This document shows positions 29,053 through 38,122 of a stretch of 64,000 nucleotides of DNA, piece after piece. This stretch comes from Deltaproteobacteria bacterium (GTDB lineage: Bacteria; Desulfobacterota; Binatia; UBA9968), in NCBI GenBank assembly GCA_016193465.1, contig JACPSE010000186.1, positions 6,593-70,592 of the forward strand, given 5' to 3'. The stretch's first letter is position 1; the number at the start of each line of letters is the position of its first letter. Position numbers and translations under genes: made by a program. The notes beneath the pieces are model-generated. The model saw only the letters and a program-made list of their open reading frames with translations. It did no database searches and was not told the DNA's origin.

Positions 29053-30456
29053 TTACTCTCCCGTCTCCTTGAGCGCCTCTACGACCTTCTCCATTTTCAT
29101 GCCACGGGAGCCTTTGCAGAGAAGCCAGTCTCCCCGCCTTACCTGTCTTTGAACTATCCGGGCGATTTGTCGGTGATTTTTTCCGATAACCACTCGCCCT
29201 TTTTCCATCCCTGCGAGCAGGGCCGCTTGTTGAACCCGGCGCGCCTGCTCCCCGAGAAGATAGAGGCGATCAATGCCGTAGCGCGCCACCTGTTTTCCCA
29301 GCTCCCGGTGGCTTTCGCCGCTCTCTCTGCCCAACTCGAGCATATCCCCCAGAATCGCAATTTTTTCTCCTGTGGTTCCGATCTCGACCAGTGTTTTGAG
29401 CGCGGCTTCCATAGAAGCCGGATTGGCATTGTAGGCATCATTGATGATCCCGATCCCTCTCCACGTCTCCAACGACATCCGCATCAGAAAGGGCCGCACC
29501 GCTTCCAGTCCCCTGCCTATTGTCTCCAGGTCCACTCCAAGTCCGTAGGCCATCGCCGCGGCTCCCACCGCATTGGAAAAATTGTGCTCGCCGCAGAATT
29601 TGAGCCGGATGCGCTGCCGACCGCTACCCGCGCGCAGTGTAAACTCCGCCCCCTGTGTCCCCAAGGATACCCGCGATTCCCCTCTCACCTCGCCGCTTGT
29701 CCCGTAGGTAATCTTGTCACCTTTAAAGCTTCCTGCCAGACGGCGCACCCACGGATCGTCCATATTCACTACAGCGAGGCCGCCGGGATTCATCCCGCGA
29801 AAGAGTTCCCCCTTCTCCCGCGCGATGCCTGCAAGGTTGCGAAGTCCGGTCAAGTGGGCCGGCGCGACCGATGTGATAAGACCGATATCAGGGTCGGCGA
29901 TTTCGGTCAGGCGCCGGATCTCTCCCGGCCGACTTGTTCCCAATTCCAGCACGGCTACCCTCTCTCTGCCCTTCAGACGAAGCAGCGTTAAAGGTAACCC
30001 CACGAGGTTGTTAAAGTTCCCTTCGGTTTTTAGAACCCTGCCCCGAAGCGATTTTCCGTGAATCGCAGCCCGGTCTAGAATCGCCGCCACCATTTCCTTC
30101 GTCGTCGTCTTCCCGTTTGATCCTGTAATAGCCAAAACCTTAGGCGCCACCATGTTGCGGCGATGGCGGGCCAGATCTCCCAGGGCCTTGAGCGTGTCCC
30201 GAACCCGAATCACAGCCGCACCCTTCAAATGGAAAACCCCTGGCCGCTTGTGAACCACCAAGCAGGCCGCCCCGCGGCGAGCCGCCTCCCTCAGAAAGTC
30301 ATGGCCGTCAAACCTCTCTCCTTTCAGCGCGACAAACACGGACCCCTTCACGACCTTTCCAGAATCGGTAACGACCTCGCCGAAGACTACCTCCCTTCCC
30401 TCGCGCAGGATCTTCCCGCCGGTCGCCAAGAGGATCTCTTGCTTGCTCCATGACAT
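29053..30456 (-). CDS. murF: UDP-MurNAc-tripeptide--D-alanyl-D-alanine ligase
   Basis: Mur ligase with ITGSNGKTTTKEM and cluster position. Confidence 0.9.
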   Translation of the reverse strand: MSWSKQEILLATGGKILREGREVVFGEVVTDSGKVVKGSVFVALKGERFDGHDFLREAARRGAACLVVHKRPGVFHLKGAAVIRVRDTLKALGDLARHRRNMVAPKVLAITGSNGKTTTKEMVAAILDRAAIHGKSLRGRVLKTEGNFNNLVGLPLTLLRLKGRERVAVLELGTSRPGEIRRLTEIADPDIGLITSVAPAHLTGLRNLAGIAREKGELFRGMNPGGLAVVNMDDPWVRRLAGSFKGDKITYGTSGEVRGESRVSLGTQGAEFTLRAGSGRQRIRLKFCGEHNFSNAVGAAAMAYGLGVDLETIGRGLEAVRPFLMRMSLETWRGIGIINDAYNANPASMEAALKTLVEIGTTGEKIAILGDMLELGRESGESHRELGKQVARYGIDRLYLLGEQARRVQQAALLAGMEKGRVVIGKNHRQIARIVQRQVRRGDWLLCKGSRGMKMEKVVEALKETGE

Positions 30457-30541
30457 TACTTTAGCTCATAGACCGCCAAAAAGAACTGTCGGCTCATTGC
30501 AAAATGAAAGTGCAAAATACAAAAGTCAAATTTTTCATTTT

Positions 30542-32110
30542 TCACTTTGCATTTTGAATTGAGTCCAGCTCTTCTCTCGCCACTTCCCGGTCATCGAAGT
30601 GGATGCGCCTGGGTCCCAGGATTTGATAATCCTCATGTCCTTTTCCTGCTATCAGCACCAGGTCACCGGCGTGTGCCAGCCGCAGAGCTAAACGGATAGC
30701 GGCGCGACGATCCGGCTCGACATAATAACCTTTCTCAGTTTTTAGTTTTGAGTTTTTAGTTTTGAGTTCCGAGTATTGAGATCTGAGATCTGAAATCTGA
30801 AATTTTTTTATGCCGGTCTTTCGCACTCCCGCTTCGACCTCTTCCAGGATCCCGAGCGGCTCCTCGGTGCGCGGATTATCTGAGGTCAGGACTGCCAGGT
30901 CGCCGAGACGCCCCGCGATCTCGCCCATGAGGGCTCTTTTTCCTCGATCGCGATCTCCGCCGCAGCCAAAAAGCACAATCAGCTTCCTCCGGGTCAAGGG
31001 CCGTACGGCGCCAATCACCCTCTCCAAGGCATCGGGGGTATGGGCGTAATCGACCAAAACCGAGACGCCGAGGTCGTTCTTGATCCTTTCCAACCTGCCG
31101 GGAACCGATTGGAGCCGGGCGATCCCGGTCGAAATAGCGCTCCCCGGCAAGCCCAAGGCGAAACCAACGCCGACGGCGCCCAAGATATTTTCCAGATTAG
31201 CCACGCCTATCAGTCGAGAGGAGAAATCGATCTCTTCACCCTTCACCCGGATCTTTCCTGTAAGCCCGTCAATGCCCCCTTCAAACTCCGCCGGGTGAAC
31301 ATCCCACTCTCTCCCCCGGCCGTAGCTCCAAACCTCAAACCCCAGATTGCGGATTTTTTCCAAAAGTTCTTTGCCCCTGGAGTCCCCGCCATGAATGACC
31401 GCGAACTTTTTCTCCTTAGAGCTCGCTCCAAGGTAATCCGTAAAAAGCTTGGTCTTGGCGGAAAAATAACCCTCCATATCCCGGTGGAAATCGAGATGGT
31501 CGCGCGTGAGATTGGTAAACAGAGCCCCATCAAATTCGATTCCCCGCACCCGTTCCATCTCCAATGCGTGCGAGGAAACTTCCATGGCCACGGAGTTAAC
31601 TCCGGCATCAGCCATCTCGGCCAGAAGCCCCTGGAGATCCACCGACTCCGGAGTCGTGTACGGCGCGGGCAATGCCCGATCCTGATACCTGTAATTGATC
31701 GTGCCAACCACTCCCGGCGCCATCCCCGCCGCCGAAAAGATCGATTCCAAGAGATACGTGACCGTGGTCTTGCCGTTGGTGCCGGTGACTCCGATCAACG
31801 CTATTCGACTACTCGGGCGCGCGAAATATAAGGCTGACCACATTCCCATAGTCCGCCTTACGCTGCGCACTCGGACCGAGGTGGCGCCTTGAGGCAGTGG
31901 TATCCTCTGCTCCACAACTACAGCGGCAGCGCCTCGCTCGAGGGCCTCGGCAGTAAACTGATGCCCATCCGCCCGCGTCCCGGAAACCGCAAAGAAGAGA
32001 TCACCTTTTTTTACTCGCCGCGAATCGTAGGCAAGACCCGTGATAGTCTGATTCATATCTCCCTCGGCCTCTTCTACTTGCCCCGCCTCCACGAGTTCCT
32101 TGAGCCTCAT
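30542..32110 (-). CDS. murE: UDP-MurNAc-L-Ala-D-Glu--2,6-diaminopimelate ligase; carries an in-frame AT-rich repeat-derived insertion near the C-terminus
   Basis: GVTGTNGKTT...DNPRTEEP...AGKGHEDYQI. The start is taken at MRLKELVE (about 32110, +/-1-2 bp), 5 nt after the ftsI stop. Confidence 0.9.
   Translation of the reverse strand: MRLKELVEAGQVEEAEGDMNQTITGLAYDSRRVKKGDLFFAVSGTRADGHQFTAEALERGAAAVVVEQRIPLPQGATSVRVRSVRRTMGMWSALYFARPSSRIALIGVTGTNGKTTVTYLLESIFSAAGMAPGVVGTINYRYQDRALPAPYTTPESVDLQGLLAEMADAGVNSVAMEVSSHALEMERVRGIEFDGALFTNLTRDHLDFHRDMEGYFSAKTKLFTDYLGASSKEKKFAVIHGGDSRGKELLEKIRNLGFEVWSYGRGREWDVHPAEFEGGIDGLTGKIRVKGEEIDFSSRLIGVANLENILGAVGVGFALGLPGSAISTGIARLQSVPGRLERIKNDLGVSVLVDYAHTPDALERVIGAVRPLTRRKLIVLFGCGGDRDRGKRALMGEIAGRLGDLAVLTSDNPRTEEPLGILEEVEAGVRKTGIKKFQISDLRSQYSELKTKNSKLKTEKGYYVEPDRRAAIRLALRLAHAGDLVLIAGKGHEDYQILGPRRIHFDDREVAREELDSIQNAK
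30735..30808. repeat. AT-rich tandem repeats inside the murE coding sequence (2.x copies of a 14-mer, then a 7-mer array)
   Basis: tttttagttttgag x2, ttccgagtattgag, atctgag x2, atctgaa x2. On the coding strand this encodes ...KKFQISDLRSQYSELKTKNSKLKTEKGYY..., absent from E. coli MurE. Confidence 0.7.
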
Positions 32111-32115
32111 CCTGG

Positions 32116-34071
32116 TCAACCCTGCAGGTTCAGAGTCAGCGGTTCTCCCTTCCCCCAAACTGCGCCAGGAGCGGGCGACTGTTTTACAACGTACCCGTTG
32201 CCGCGCAACTCTACCTTGAGCTTCAGGGTCCTTGCCTTCTCGACCGCCTCGCGCAGGCTGAGACCAACAAAGTCCGGAACCTCCAGAACGCCGTCTCCCT
32301 TCTCCGCCTCATTCCCACTCTTTCGCTCCACGCGCACCGAAGTTCCCTCTTTAGCCGCCGGCAAGGGCAGCGGCTGAGGCTTGTCTGGCACGATGCCCAA
32401 ATAGCGCAAGGCGCCGCTTGCGATATTGCGAAAGGCCGGTGCGGCAACGACGCCGCCATAAACGCTACCTTCCGGTTCATCCACGATGACGAGCAAAACT
32501 AGCCGGGGATCATCCGCCGGCACAAATCCGATAAAGGAAGCAACTCTCTTCCTGCCCGAATATCCGCCATGGACCAGATCCGGCTTCTCGGCAGTCCCAG
32601 TTTTGCCGGCAACTTCGAACCCTTCCACACTGGCCATGAGACCGGTCCCACCATCGCTTACAACTCCCTTGAGAATTGCCGTAAGCAAGCGGGCGCTCTT
32701 TTCCGAAACTACGCGACGCACCACATGGGGCTGGTTGGCTACCAACACCTCGCCGTCAGGGGCAACCACGCGACGCACGACGAAAGGCCGCATGAGGATA
32801 CCCCCATTGGCAACCGCTCCATACGCCATAACGAGCTGAATCGGGGTCACTGCAATTCCCTGCCCGAACGCGTGAGTGGCCAAATCAATGGGAGACCAAC
32901 TATCCGGGCGTCGCGCCATGCCGGCCGCCTCTCCGGGCATGTCGATCCCTGTCAGATGACCAAAGCCAAATCTCTCGATGTATTTGAAATACCTCTCCTT
33001 CTTAAGTTTCTCCGCCACTTTGGTTACGCCAATGTTGCTGGAGTATTGGATGATCTTGTAGAAGGGCAGCCACCCGTACTCATGGGTGTCGTGAATAGTC
33101 CTGCCTGCATAAGAATATTTGCCAAATTCACAATAGAAGAGGTCTTCTTTGCCGACTACGCCTTCCTCCAAGACAGCGGCGGCTAAAATCGTTTTGAATG
33201 TGGAACCGGGCTCGAAACTGTCTGTCACTGCCCGATTGCGCCACTGCCGGGATGACTGCCGGGCAAAGTTGTTGGGATTAAAAAACGGATAGTTTGCAAG
33301 CGCCAGGACCTCGCCGGTAAACGGCTCCACTACGACGGCGATACCCGCTCTGGCGCGATATTTGGCAACCGTCGCTTCTAGCTGTTTTTCCGCGAGATGT
33401 TGGATAGAGGTATCTACGGTCAGGTGGATATCCGCTCCGGGCGGTATCTGAATCTCTTCCACGCCTCGGGCGAGGACCCTGCGCCCCAAGGCATCGCGCT
33501 CGATTACCGGCGAGCCGCTCTCGCCGCGGATATAACTGTCGTAATATAGTTCAATGCCTTCCAACCCTTGGGAATCCCTGCCCACAAAACCCACTACCTG
33601 TCCCGCAAGCTGGCCTTGCGGATAGTAGCGATTGGGTTCGGAGGACATTCCTACCCCTTCCAGGTTGAGTGCTCTTATTGTCTCCGCCTCTTTGGGGGTT
33701 ATCTGCCGTTTGAGCCAGACAAAAGGTTTCTCTGTCTTGAGCTTCTGCTGCAGCTCAGCCTGGTCCAGACCCAAAGCCTGGGCCAAACTCTGCGCCACCC
33801 TCTCCGGTTCTTTAATACGCCTGGGACGGGCATAAACCGACTGGACCTCGAGGCTTAGCGCCAATGGCTCGCCGGCACGGTCCAGAATGGTTCCCCGCTT
33901 CGGCAACACAATCCATTCCTTCAGGTGTTGCCGCTCTCCAAGTCGTTTGAGCTTTTCTCCTTGGAGGATCTGAAGCTGAAATGCGCGCACCAGCACCGCC
34001 AAAAACATCACCAGGAAAAAGAGCCCGGCGATGGCCAAGCGGAACCTGATCCCTTGGAAGGATCTTCTCAT
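32116..34071 (-). CDS. ftsI: peptidoglycan D,D-transpeptidase FtsI (class B PBP) with a C-terminal PASTA domain
   Basis: TM anchor, transpeptidase motifs (STFK, SSN-like, KTGT), and a C-terminal PASTA-like ~60 aa. Confidence 0.9.
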   Translation of the reverse strand: MRRSFQGIRFRLAIAGLFFLVMFLAVLVRAFQLQILQGEKLKRLGERQHLKEWIVLPKRGTILDRAGEPLALSLEVQSVYARPRRIKEPERVAQSLAQALGLDQAELQQKLKTEKPFVWLKRQITPKEAETIRALNLEGVGMSSEPNRYYPQGQLAGQVVGFVGRDSQGLEGIELYYDSYIRGESGSPVIERDALGRRVLARGVEEIQIPPGADIHLTVDTSIQHLAEKQLEATVAKYRARAGIAVVVEPFTGEVLALANYPFFNPNNFARQSSRQWRNRAVTDSFEPGSTFKTILAAAVLEEGVVGKEDLFYCEFGKYSYAGRTIHDTHEYGWLPFYKIIQYSSNIGVTKVAEKLKKERYFKYIERFGFGHLTGIDMPGEAAGMARRPDSWSPIDLATHAFGQGIAVTPIQLVMAYGAVANGGILMRPFVVRRVVAPDGEVLVANQPHVVRRVVSEKSARLLTAILKGVVSDGGTGLMASVEGFEVAGKTGTAEKPDLVHGGYSGRKRVASFIGFVPADDPRLVLLVIVDEPEGSVYGGVVAAPAFRNIASGALRYLGIVPDKPQPLPLPAAKEGTSVRVERKSGNEAEKGDGVLEVPDFVGLSLREAVEKARTLKLKVELRGNGYVVKQSPAPGAVWGKGEPLTLNLQG

Positions 34072-34415
34072 GGCAGGAGCACCACCTGACCTTTCTGCGG
34101 CTCCACCAGCCCTAGCCGCGTACGGGCCATTGCCTCCAGACGGTCCGGAGAGGTCAGGGTAGCCAGTTCTACTTTCAGTTCCCGGTTCTCCTGCTCCAGT
34201 TGATTGTGCAACTTACTGGTAGTAGAAAGCACATAACCCAAATCGACCACCTGCAACCGCAGCCACACGTGCAGCAGGGCAAGCCCGACCAGGCATAATC
34301 CCAACAGGAGAAAAGAGAAAAAGAAGTGACGTTGCCTGTGCGGATAAAATCGATCCATCCGCTGCCTCTTCAGGAAGCCTAGCCCCCATACCTGTCTGCT
34401 TAGGGCTGTGGCCAC
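34068..34415 (-). CDS. ftsL: cell division protein FtsL-like
   Basis: Small single-TM protein with a leucine-rich coiled-coil, between rsmH and ftsI. Confidence 0.6.
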   Translation of the reverse strand: MATALSRQVWGLGFLKRQRMDRFYPHRQRHFFFSFLLLGLCLVGLALLHVWLRLQVVDLGYVLSTTSKLHNQLEQENRELKVELATLTSPDRLEAMARTRLGLVEPQKGQVVLLP

Positions 34416-34426
34416 GATCGATCTCC

Positions 34427-35332
34427 CTAAACTCGTTCCGCCGCCCGCAGCTTGGCAGAGCGGGCACGCGGGTTGATCCGAGTCTCCATCTCGGAGGGAA
34501 GAAGAGGTCTGGAGGTGAGAAGCCTGGCCTTTTGACTCCAGCCACAGTAGCAGAAAAGAGTCTTAGGCGGGCAGATGCAGTCCCGGCTCCATTTACGAAA
34601 GGCCTTCTTAACCAGCCGATCTTCCAACGAATGGAAAGAGATCACCACCATGCGTCCTTTCAAGAGCAACAGTTCATAGGCGTTTTCAAGAAAGCCTGCG
34701 AGCTGGTCTAGCTCGCGATTCACCGCTATCCTTAACGCCTGAAATGTCCTGGTAGCGGGATGGATATGGCTCCGTCCGCCCCCAAGCGCCCGCGTCACCA
34801 GCTCCGCTAACTCTCCGGTGGTTCCGATCTTTTTTCTCTTGCGTTGCGCATCGATAGCCAAGGCGATACGACGCGCACGGCGTTCTTCACCATACTCCCG
34901 AAATATCCGCTCCAATTTCGAAACGGGATAGGTGTTGACAACCTGATAAGCATCTATAGATTGTCGCCGATCCATGCGCATGTCGAGCCTGCTGTCGAAT
35001 TGGAAACTGAAGCCCCGTCCCCGAGACTCCAGGTGATGGGAGGATAATCCGAGATCCAAAAGGATCCCATCCACTTTGTGCCAGCCGACTTCTCTCAATA
35101 TCTCACTTGCTTCCGTAAAATTGGCGCGCCGAATCAACAGACGCTCCGCGAATCTCTTGAGCCGTTCCCGAGTCGCAGCGATCGCCTCGTCATCCCAGTC
35201 CAGACCGAGGACCAAGCCATCCGGGCTGCTGAGCGTCAAAATCTGTTCGCTATGACCTCCGCCTCCCAAGGTTCCGTCAAGGTACCTTCTATGCGCCTGG
35301 GGTTGCAGGAGTTCCATCACCTCCCGCACCAT
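34427..35332 (-). CDS. rsmH: 16S rRNA (cytosine1402-N4)-methyltransferase RsmH (MraW)
   Basis: YLDGTLGGGGHSEQIL SAM motif; 301 aa. Confidence 0.9.
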   Translation of the reverse strand: MVREVMELLQPQAHRRYLDGTLGGGGHSEQILTLSSPDGLVLGLDWDDEAIAATRERLKRFAERLLIRRANFTEASEILREVGWHKVDGILLDLGLSSHHLESRGRGFSFQFDSRLDMRMDRRQSIDAYQVVNTYPVSKLERIFREYGEERRARRIALAIDAQRKRKKIGTTGELAELVTRALGGGRSHIHPATRTFQALRIAVNRELDQLAGFLENAYELLLLKGRMVVISFHSLEDRLVKKAFRKWSRDCICPPKTLFCYCGWSQKARLLTSRPLLPSEMETRINPRARSAKLRAAERV

Positions 35333-35355
35333 GACAGGCGCATGCGTGTAAGCCG

Positions 35356-35718
35356 TTAATGGTATGTTCCGTCTCCCTCCCAGTCTTCGTCAAAACTCTC
35401 GATGGCATCCTCCAATGAGGTATACTCCTCGAAGAACTGATCCATGCCGACGACTCTGAAGATATCCCGCAGATAGGAGCTCATACCCGCCAGTTTTAGA
35501 TCGCCATTCAGATTCCTCAGAATCCTCAGTCTCTCAACCAACACTCCGATGCTCAGGTAGTTGATGTGGTCCACGGCTTTGAGATTCAAGACGACCTTGA
35601 TTCGGTCCTTCTCGATTAAGGATCCGATGACATCCTTAATCCTTATCATCTCGCGAAAATCAATGTCGCCGGTGATATCAATCACCGAAATATCCTGGAT
35701 CACTTTACGCTGCAGCAT
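35356..35718 (-). CDS. STAS-domain anti-sigma-factor antagonist (SpoIIAA-like), inserted between mraZ and rsmH
   Basis: VIDITGDIDF...KVVLNLKAVDHINYLSIGVLVERLR...GDLKLAGM...RDIFRVVGMDQ; 120 aa. Confidence 0.7.
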   Translation of the reverse strand: MLQRKVIQDISVIDITGDIDFREMIRIKDVIGSLIEKDRIKVVLNLKAVDHINYLSIGVLVERLRILRNLNGDLKLAGMSSYLRDIFRVVGMDQFFEEYTSLEDAIESFDEDWEGDGTYH

Positions 35719-35744
35719 TCGTTATCCTCCTTTCACCTACCGGG

Positions 35745-36197
35745 CTAGAGTCCCAAATCGCCGAGAGAATCGGGGTCCTGCATCAATTTTTCCTCGGCCT
35801 CTGCGAAGACTTTCTTCCAGGCTTCCTTATCCCACACCCGAAACTTATCCAGCGCTGACACCAAAACCACTTCCCGTTTGAGGTTGGCATAGTGGCGGAG
35901 CAGCGGCGGAATCAGGATCCGTCCGTGCTTATCCACTACACACTCACAGGCGCCCCCTAGATAATAGTTCTGAAAAAGAACCATACGGCGATCGAACTTT
36001 GGCTTTTTTCTGATCTCTTCTTCGAAACGAAGCCACTCGTCGAGGGGATAAACATCCAGGCACCGTGCGGCGTCGACGACAAAGTTAGTGATGACGATGC
36101 GCTCGTCCCCTTTGCCCAAAAGGACCTCACGAAATCTCGAAGGGATACTCAGTCGCCCTTTGGCGTCCAGGGTATGCTCAAAGCTTCCACGAAACAT
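35745..36197 (-). CDS. mraZ: transcriptional regulator MraZ
   Basis: MFRGSFEHTLDAKGRLSIPSRFR... and the duplicated MraZ fold; 150 aa. Confidence 0.9.
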   Translation of the reverse strand: MFRGSFEHTLDAKGRLSIPSRFREVLLGKGDERIVITNFVVDAARCLDVYPLDEWLRFEEEIRKKPKFDRRMVLFQNYYLGGACECVVDKHGRILIPPLLRHYANLKREVVLVSALDKFRVWDKEAWKKVFAEAEEKLMQDPDSLGDLGL

Positions 36198-36290
36198 GTT
36201 CTTATTGGGATGCTATGGGAAGTTATCCCACTTTTTCCCACCTGGGCCTGATTTATAACCCCCTACAACCTATATGTCAATAAAAAAATT
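36198..36290 (-). promoter_or_regulatory. mraZ promoter (TTGACA-N17-TATAAA) with an MraZ operator (GTGGGA x2 direct plus TCCCA x2 inverted, ~10-11 bp phasing)
   Basis: The minus strand reads TTGACAtataggttgtagggggtTATAAAtcaggcccagGTGGGAaaaaGTGGGAtaactTCCCAtagcaTCCCAataagaacATG. Confidence 0.6.
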
Positions 36291-36485
36291 CGCTGTTTTA
36301 AGACGATTCTTGTGCCGGGACTGGAGATACCACAATATATTGGTGCTTTTTGTAAATCCCCTCGGGCTTAGCCACAAGATATTGACAGTCAATAGTGAAA
36401 TTTTATGAGGGAGGTAACAACTGCCGGCTGATCTGGGGCCGCTGGTATTATTTCAGACAAAGTTGGGGGGAAATGATTCCGATCT

Positions 36486-36875
36486 TAGAAGGGCTAAAGT
36501 GGATCGATAAGCCGGATTCTGTGGTGGCTCCTAGGAGAAGCCACAGCGATCATTCATCTTGCCCCATGATTGCTCACGGGGTCTAGCGACCTTACCCGAG
36601 GGCTAAGGGCGGACCACCCAACCCTCCTATTTGGTCTTGCTCCAGGTGGGGTTTGCCTAGCATCTACCATCACTGGCAGACCGGTGAGCTCTTACCTCGC
36701 CTTTTCACCCTTACCCACCATCAAAATTGGCGGGCGGTATTTTTTCTGTGGCACTTTCCCCCGATCGCTCGGGGCCGCCGTTAACGGCCACCCTGTCCTG
36801 TGGAGTCCGGACTTTCCTCTCCCGGCCATGCTTGTGGCAGAGCAGAGAGCGACCGCTTGATCCACTTTAGCCCGG
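36486..36875 (-). ncRNA. rnpB: RNase P RNA (bacterial type A)
   Basis: The minus strand contains GGAAAGTCCGGACTCCACAGGACAGGGTG, AGGGTGAAAAGGCGAGGTAAGAGCTCACC, ACCCCACCTGGAGCAAGACCAAATAGG and ACAGAATCCGGCTTATCG, which match E. coli M1 RNA conserved regions. P1 is formed by GGGCTAAAGTGGATC pairing with GATCCACTTTAGCCC as a perfect 15-bp stem. Confidence 0.9.
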
Positions 36876-36904
36876 AATTTAGTAATTCATTACTCGTATA
36901 TCGG

Positions 36905-37336
36905 TTAGTCGAATAACGGGCGCCGCGCGTCGTCAATGGCGCGATTGGCCAGTCGGTCAGCCAACCGGTTGTGCTCCCGGCCTACATGAATGATATGATA
37001 AGCCTCAAGCTGGCGCAATAACCCCAATGCCCGCTGATGAAGGCGCTTGAGCTTTTCGTCCTTGACCCGATAAAGACCGTTTAATTGACGCACCAAGAGC
37101 TGGGAATCGCTCTGGACCCGGAGTCTTTTTCCGCCCAGTCGAAGAACCCGTTCAAGCCCCATGAGAAGCCCTTCGTATTCGGCGACGTTGTTCGTTGCGT
37201 GACCGAGGTAGCGGCAGAGCTCATCCAGCAACTTGCCACTCTCGTCAAAGATGGCGGCGCCACACCCCGCATTCCCTGGATTTCCCCTGGCCGCCCCGTC
37301 CACCATGAGCAGCCACTCTCCACCGGGGGCTGACAT
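36905..37336 (-). CDS. rnhA: ribonuclease H (RNase HI-like)
   Basis: WLLMVDGAARGNPGNAGCGAAIFD...NNVAEYEGLLMGL...VQSDSQLLV...REHNRLADRLAN. The start is set at the internal Met, 5 nt after the upstream gene stop. Confidence 0.75.
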   Translation of the reverse strand: MSAPGGEWLLMVDGAARGNPGNAGCGAAIFDESGKLLDELCRYLGHATNNVAEYEGLLMGLERVLRLGGKRLRVQSDSQLLVRQLNGLYRVKDEKLKRLHQRALGLLRQLEAYHIIHVGREHNRLADRLANRAIDDARRPLFD

Positions 37337-37341
37337 GGACG

Positions 37342-38070
37342 CTAGAGTTGCCTGTCGCTTGGGACAGGCGGTTTGTAGTAGAGGATCCGGTGGCAACTAG
37401 GGCAGAGAATCAGCTTTTCACTTTTGATAATTTCATTCCAGAGCTGAGGCGGGATATTCATAAAACAACCCTGGCAAATTCCCTCTGAGACCGCGACCAC
37501 GGCCATGCCGCCGCGTCGGGAAAAAATCAGCTCATACCGCCCGATCAGCTCTCCATTGAGCTGGGTGGCGATCGACTGACGGACCGCCGACGCATCGGCG
37601 ACAGCCCGGTCGATCCCGGCAACCTGCGCTTCTATCTCGCCCCGTCTTTCCCTCCAAGCGTCCTCCAATTTCTTCAACTCCTCCTCTTTCGCCCCGAGGG
37701 ATGCGGCGCATGCCTCCAGCTCCTCCATGAGTTTAATCAGCTCCTCCTCCAACTGGGCATTGCCCAGTTTGGTCTGATCGATTTCTCGCTGCAGGGCCTG
37801 CAGTTCTTTAATGCTTTTGATGCGGTTCATACGCATCCGCTTGTCCGTCACCTTCCTACTTTCTTCCTGCAACAACTGCTCCTTTTCCTGCCGCAGCTTA
37901 TCTTTCTCGGCCCATTCGGCTCTAACCGTCGCCAACTCTGCATTCTTCGCCTGGACCTCTTCTTCCCTCTTTTCGATTTCAGCTAAGAGCTCTCCCTTGG
38001 CCCCGCTTTTTTCCTTGATCTCGCGGTCCGCGTTCTGGAGCGAAGCCAAAATCTCTATCTGCTCCCGCAA
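37342..38070 (-). CDS. COG1579-type zinc-ribbon and coiled-coil protein (zf-RING_7, C4 zinc ribbon at the C-terminus)
   Basis: Long coiled-coil followed by CQGC...CPSCHRILY; TTG start with GGAGGG upstream. Confidence 0.75.
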   Translation of the reverse strand: MREQIEILASLQNADREIKEKSGAKGELLAEIEKREEEVQAKNAELATVRAEWAEKDKLRQEKEQLLQEESRKVTDKRMRMNRIKSIKELQALQREIDQTKLGNAQLEEELIKLMEELEACAASLGAKEEELKKLEDAWRERRGEIEAQVAGIDRAVADASAVRQSIATQLNGELIGRYELIFSRRGGMAVVAVSEGICQGCFMNIPPQLWNEIIKSEKLILCPSCHRILYYKPPVPSDRQL

Positions 38071-38085
38071 GTTCTACCCTCCAAC

Positions 38086-38122
38086 CGTCCAAAAAAAGAA
38101 ATGCACCCTCGAGGGTGCATTT
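38086..38122 (-). terminator. intrinsic-terminator-like structure (perfect 10-bp stem, 4-nt loop, 9-nt U-tract) in the 5' leader of the COG1579 gene
   Basis: The minus strand reads GAAATGCACCCTCGAGGGTGCATTTCTTTTTTTGG, directly upstream of the GGAGGG SD. Confidence 0.55.
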
